From the IMG/VR virus record IMGVR_UViG_2563366820_000001, positions 1 to 16,099 of that record: DNA of 16,099 bases, one strand, 5' to 3'. This stretch comes from a virus (Duplodnaviria; Heunggongvirae; Uroviricota; Caudoviricetes). Below, one piece after another: positions 13,465 through 16,099 of the stretch. Within the stretch, counting starts at the first letter, position 1; each line of letters opens with the position of its first letter. The notes under the pieces are model-generated. The model had not been told where the DNA came from. It searched no databases and saw only the letters and a program-made list of their open reading frames with translations. A program made the position numbers and the translations under genes.

Positions 13465-14046
13465 ATGAGTTTTTTTAGTCTTTATGGGAAAGAACTATTT
13501 TCTTTTTTTATAGCGATATTAACATGGATACTGAATAACAGATTTAAAAGCAAGGCAAAGTTATCCTATGGTTATCAGCATGGATTTACTTTTCTTCTCA
13601 ATGAACCCTTACGGAATGCCAATGGTGAGATAATATCTAATTCACAGTTGGTGTATACACGATCTATTATTCTTGTTAATGAAGGGCGAGAAAGTGCTAC
13701 TAATATATCATTGGTTTTTAACTATAAGCCAATGCATATTAATTTTTGGCCTGTCCACCATTTTGAAGAAAATATTGAGCAGGATGGTCGCTATATTATC
13801 AAGTTTGAAAGTCTTGCACCTGGTGAGTCTATTCAATGTGAAATGTTATCAATAAATAGAGAAGTTCCAAGTATTCTATCGATAAGATCTAAAGAGTGTG
13901 TGGCTGAGCCAGTGAATATCGTAATGCAAAAATCGATTAGTAATATTGCCCTACGTTGCTATCAATTATTAATACTTCTTGGAACTGGTACATTAACATA
14001 TTTAATTATCGTTATTCTGCAATGGTTAGTCACTAAAACGGGATAA
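13465..14046 (+). CDS. Hypothetical membrane protein (193 aa) with one N-terminal and one C-terminal predicted TM helix; AT-rich cargo gene
   Basis: SD GAAGGAAG 6 nt upstream of ATG 13465 (track start is GTG 13462); hydrophobic segments FSFFIAILTWILNN and LLILLGTGTLTYLIIVILQWLV; AT-rich codon usage unlike the backbone. Confidence 0.6.
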   Translation: MSFFSLYGKELFSFFIAILTWILNNRFKSKAKLSYGYQHGFTFLLNEPLRNANGEIISNSQLVYTRSIILVNEGRESATNISLVFNYKPMHINFWPVHHFEENIEQDGRYIIKFESLAPGESIQCEMLSINREVPSILSIRSKECVAEPVNIVMQKSISNIALRCYQLLILLGTGTLTYLIIVILQWLVTKTG

Positions 14047-14074
14047 TCCATTGTATTGAACTTATTAATTGGAT

Positions 14075-14275
14075 ATGAGTGCTGATAGGAAAGCTATGAC
14101 CATCACCGAAGCCGATTTGCTGGAGATGATCCGCAGCATTGCCGGAATCAAACAACCAGCAAGCAAAATTAACAGGTGTTCAGCGCCTGTTTCCGTTGTG
14201 CTGCAACAGGAACGCCACCAGCAGGATGATGTGAGGCCGTATCAGTGGAAGAAACCGGACAGGCCGCGACGGTGA
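14075..14275 (+). CDS. Short ORF (66 aa from ATG 14075; track uses TTG 14069), possibly a gene remnant
   Basis: GC-richer island between two AT-rich genes; no SD; translation is protein-like (MTITEADLLEMIRSIAGIKQPA) but unassignable. Confidence 0.25.
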   Translation: MSADRKAMTITEADLLEMIRSIAGIKQPASKINRCSAPVSVVLQQERHQQDDVRPYQWKKPDRPRR

Positions 14276-14606
14276 GCGGAGCGTTACGGTAAGGCTACAG
14301 CCAAGCCAAACATTAAGCCTAAGGGTAAGGTTTTTTGTTGCAGGTGGCATTAATTTGGATGTTGATTTAAGGAGCATTTTTACTGAGACGGCCTGTTCGG
14401 GGTAACTTTTTTGTATGCCATTCACTTGTATGAGAGCTGTACTACGAAATAGGTTGGCATGGTGGGGAGAGCATTCTGTACTGTTATTGAATAACACTAT
14501 CGTTTTTTATTCCTTTTGGTTATTAAGTGGTGTGCGTTAAGACATGGTTTTCTTTATGTTTTTCATGTATATATTGCTTTTTAACTCAATAAGGAAACAC
14601 TGATAA

Positions 14607-15500
14607 ATGGCAAGACCAAAAAAATTAACTTATGGGGCGGTGAATATAACAATGCATCCCCACTCGCCAGAAAAATATGTAGAATTGTTCAGAATGGCAA
14701 GAAAAAACGCGAGAAATGTTAATTTGAGGGGGGACTCTTTCGCGACTTTATCACACTTTTATCCTTACAGGAAAGATCAGGTAGTTAGTGAACCTTTTGA
14801 AGGGGAAATTCTAAAGTATACAGATATTGATGTTGATGGAGATTGGTTCGATATTGTAAAGAAAGACATTGCCTCAGATGAGCAAAAGGAAAGGATAAGT
14901 ATACCTGAGAATTTAAAACCAAATGTGGCTCGATTCTCTTTTGTTTTTCTACCTGCCAGCCATCTTTTAGTTTATGAGATGCAGGACAAAGGTCGGCATC
15001 TTACATCAAAACAAATAGAAAATTTTCTGAATGGAATATTTTCTCATGAGAGAATTATAGAGAAGTTTGGGAAGATTAATGTTACAATATTAACCGAGCC
15101 AGATAACGTAGAACGTATGCTTTCTTTAAAAGGCATTACGTGTATAAATATGGTTACTCGACGTCCTAACCCAGATGATCTCGCTTCTGCAGAAAGTATT
15201 ATGCAAAAGCGTTTCAAACGTATTGGCGTTATTGAAGAAGATAAAACATATAAATCTGAGCGTGGTCAGGAAATTAAACCTGATAGTGAGTTAAAGCAGG
15301 ATGCTCTTATTGCTTCGAGAAATGGCGAAGTTAGCATACGTAGGATTAATGAGGCGGGATTAGTTGAGGTTCATGCCTCAAGCGATTTACCACTTCAAAG
15401 GGTTGAATCATATGATTCTGACGTAACATCAGTTACTGAGCTATTGTTATTAAGAGCAAAATCTTTAGCAGATGAGTTTAAGAGGCTTCTGAGAAAGTAA
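14607..15500 (+). CDS. Hypothetical soluble protein (297 aa), first gene of a translationally coupled two-gene cargo cassette; candidate defense component
   Basis: ATG with AAGGAAA SD; AT-rich; no Walker A, HTH or other motif I can recognise; acidic cluster YTDIDVDGDWFDIVKKD; stop overlaps the next start (TAATG). Confidence 0.75.
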   Translation: MARPKKLTYGAVNITMHPHSPEKYVELFRMARKNARNVNLRGDSFATLSHFYPYRKDQVVSEPFEGEILKYTDIDVDGDWFDIVKKDIASDEQKERISIPENLKPNVARFSFVFLPASHLLVYEMQDKGRHLTSKQIENFLNGIFSHERIIEKFGKINVTILTEPDNVERMLSLKGITCINMVTRRPNPDDLASAESIMQKRFKRIGVIEEDKTYKSERGQEIKPDSELKQDALIASRNGEVSIRRINEAGLVEVHASSDLPLQRVESYDSDVTSVTELLLLRAKSLADEFKRLLRK

Positions 15501-16099
15501 TGAGTAAAGTAAAAGAATCAACCAGTGCAATGGCTAGATACTGGAAGATCTATGGTGGCGCTGGGGCTGTATTTAAAAGTCGCTATTTTTGGTGTGCTTT
15601 TTTTATGACAGTGATTCTTTATCCATCTTGGTCTCATCAGGGGTGGTGGAATGATATTCTGTCGTTAATGCCGAACCTTTTGGGTTTTTCACTGGGTGGT
15701 TTTGCTATGTGGATTGCTATTGGAGATGAGGCTTTCAAAAAAATAATAACTGGAGATGAAGAAAGTGAAAATGGAGAGGTAGAATATTCTCCTTATATGT
15801 CTGTGAATGCAACCTTTGTTCATTTTATATTATTGCAGTTGTTAACTATAATAATGGCCTTGGTCACCAAGGCCTATAGTAGCATTCTCATAAATAACGC
15901 TTTTATGTATTATTATTTAGGTGTTGCTTACAGGTATGTACTGTTAACATTCAGCTTCTTTGCATACTTTATATTTATTTACTCAGTATTCTCTGCGTTA
16001 GCTGCCGTTTTTGCTATATTTCGTGTTTCTAGTTGGTATAATACTTTTATGACCTTACGAAACAAACAAGATAACGCTAAAAATAATAAGGAGGAATAA
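15500..16099 (+). CDS. Hypothetical integral membrane protein (199 aa, about 4 predicted TM helices); candidate membrane effector
   Basis: Hydrophobic segments YFWCAFFMTVILYPSW, LLGFSLGGFAMWIAIG, FVHFILLQLLTIIMALV, YVLLTFSFFAYFIFIYSVFSALAAVFAIF; ATG overlaps the upstream stop; TAA at 16097..16099 is the last codon of the window. Confidence 0.75.
   Translation: MSKVKESTSAMARYWKIYGGAGAVFKSRYFWCAFFMTVILYPSWSHQGWWNDILSLMPNLLGFSLGGFAMWIAIGDEAFKKIITGDEESENGEVEYSPYMSVNATFVHFILLQLLTIIMALVTKAYSSILINNAFMYYYLGVAYRYVLLTFSFFAYFIFIYSVFSALAAVFAIFRVSSWYNTFMTLRNKQDNAKNNKEE

Larger units (their letters stand above)
1445..16099 (+). mobile_element. Integrated PICI/P4-like phage satellite-type genomic island inserted at the 3' end of thrW (left junction in window, right end beyond window)
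   Basis: Integrase directly 3' of the tRNA; int-alpA-primase gene order all on the + strand; iteron-rich origin-like region; AT-rich cargo blocks contrasting with the GC-richer proA flank. Confidence 0.75.

Noticed and set aside
14180-14497. 105-aa minus-strand ORF in the cargo intergenic region
   Set aside because: No SD, implausible composition, and it overlaps the + strand remnant ORF and probable promoter region of the downstream cassette.
14540-14606. Promoter for the 14607 cassette (TATATT at 14568..14573)
   Set aside because: A -10-like hexamer is present but I could not find a convincing -35 at proper spacing, so no promoter feature was called.
1445-16099. attR direct repeat of the thrW 3' end inside the window
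   Set aside because: No second copy of the tRNA 3' segment (GGTTCGACTCCTATTATCGGCACCA or a 15+ nt part of it) was seen by eye; the right boundary is probably beyond the window.

Overview
The window opens with the complete proA gene (gamma-glutamyl phosphate reductase, 1..1254) and the tRNA-Thr(CGU) gene thrW (1369..1444) of an Escherichia-type chromosome. Immediately 3' of the tRNA, an integrated mobile element begins and runs to the end of the window (more than 14.6 kb; its right end and attR are not in view). By gene content and order it looks like a PICI/P4-like phage satellite: P4-family tyrosine integrase, an AT-rich hypothetical gene, AlpA-family regulator, AntA-like antirepressor-domain protein, a divergent 57-aa Arc-like ribbon-helix-helix gene (below the ORF-track size cutoff) with palindromic operators, and a translationally coupled operon of small ORFs ending in a P4-alpha/D5-type primase-helicase. 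Downstream lie about 1.5 kb of iteron-like repeats (origin-like), a FinO/ProQ-domain RNA chaperone with a CAG6/poly-Q tract, a PerC-like regulator, two tandem intrinsic terminators, and a second operon of three ORFs whose last product has a lambda Nu1-like N-terminal HTH, followed by a GTGTCAA repeat array. The distal end is an AT-rich cargo block: a two-TM protein with its own sigma70-like promoter, and a translationally coupled pair (297-aa soluble protein plus 199-aa protein with about four TM helices) that I cannot assign to any family. That pair is my top candidate for an undescribed antiphage defense or abortive-infection module. All homology calls are from reading the translations by eye; no searches were run.
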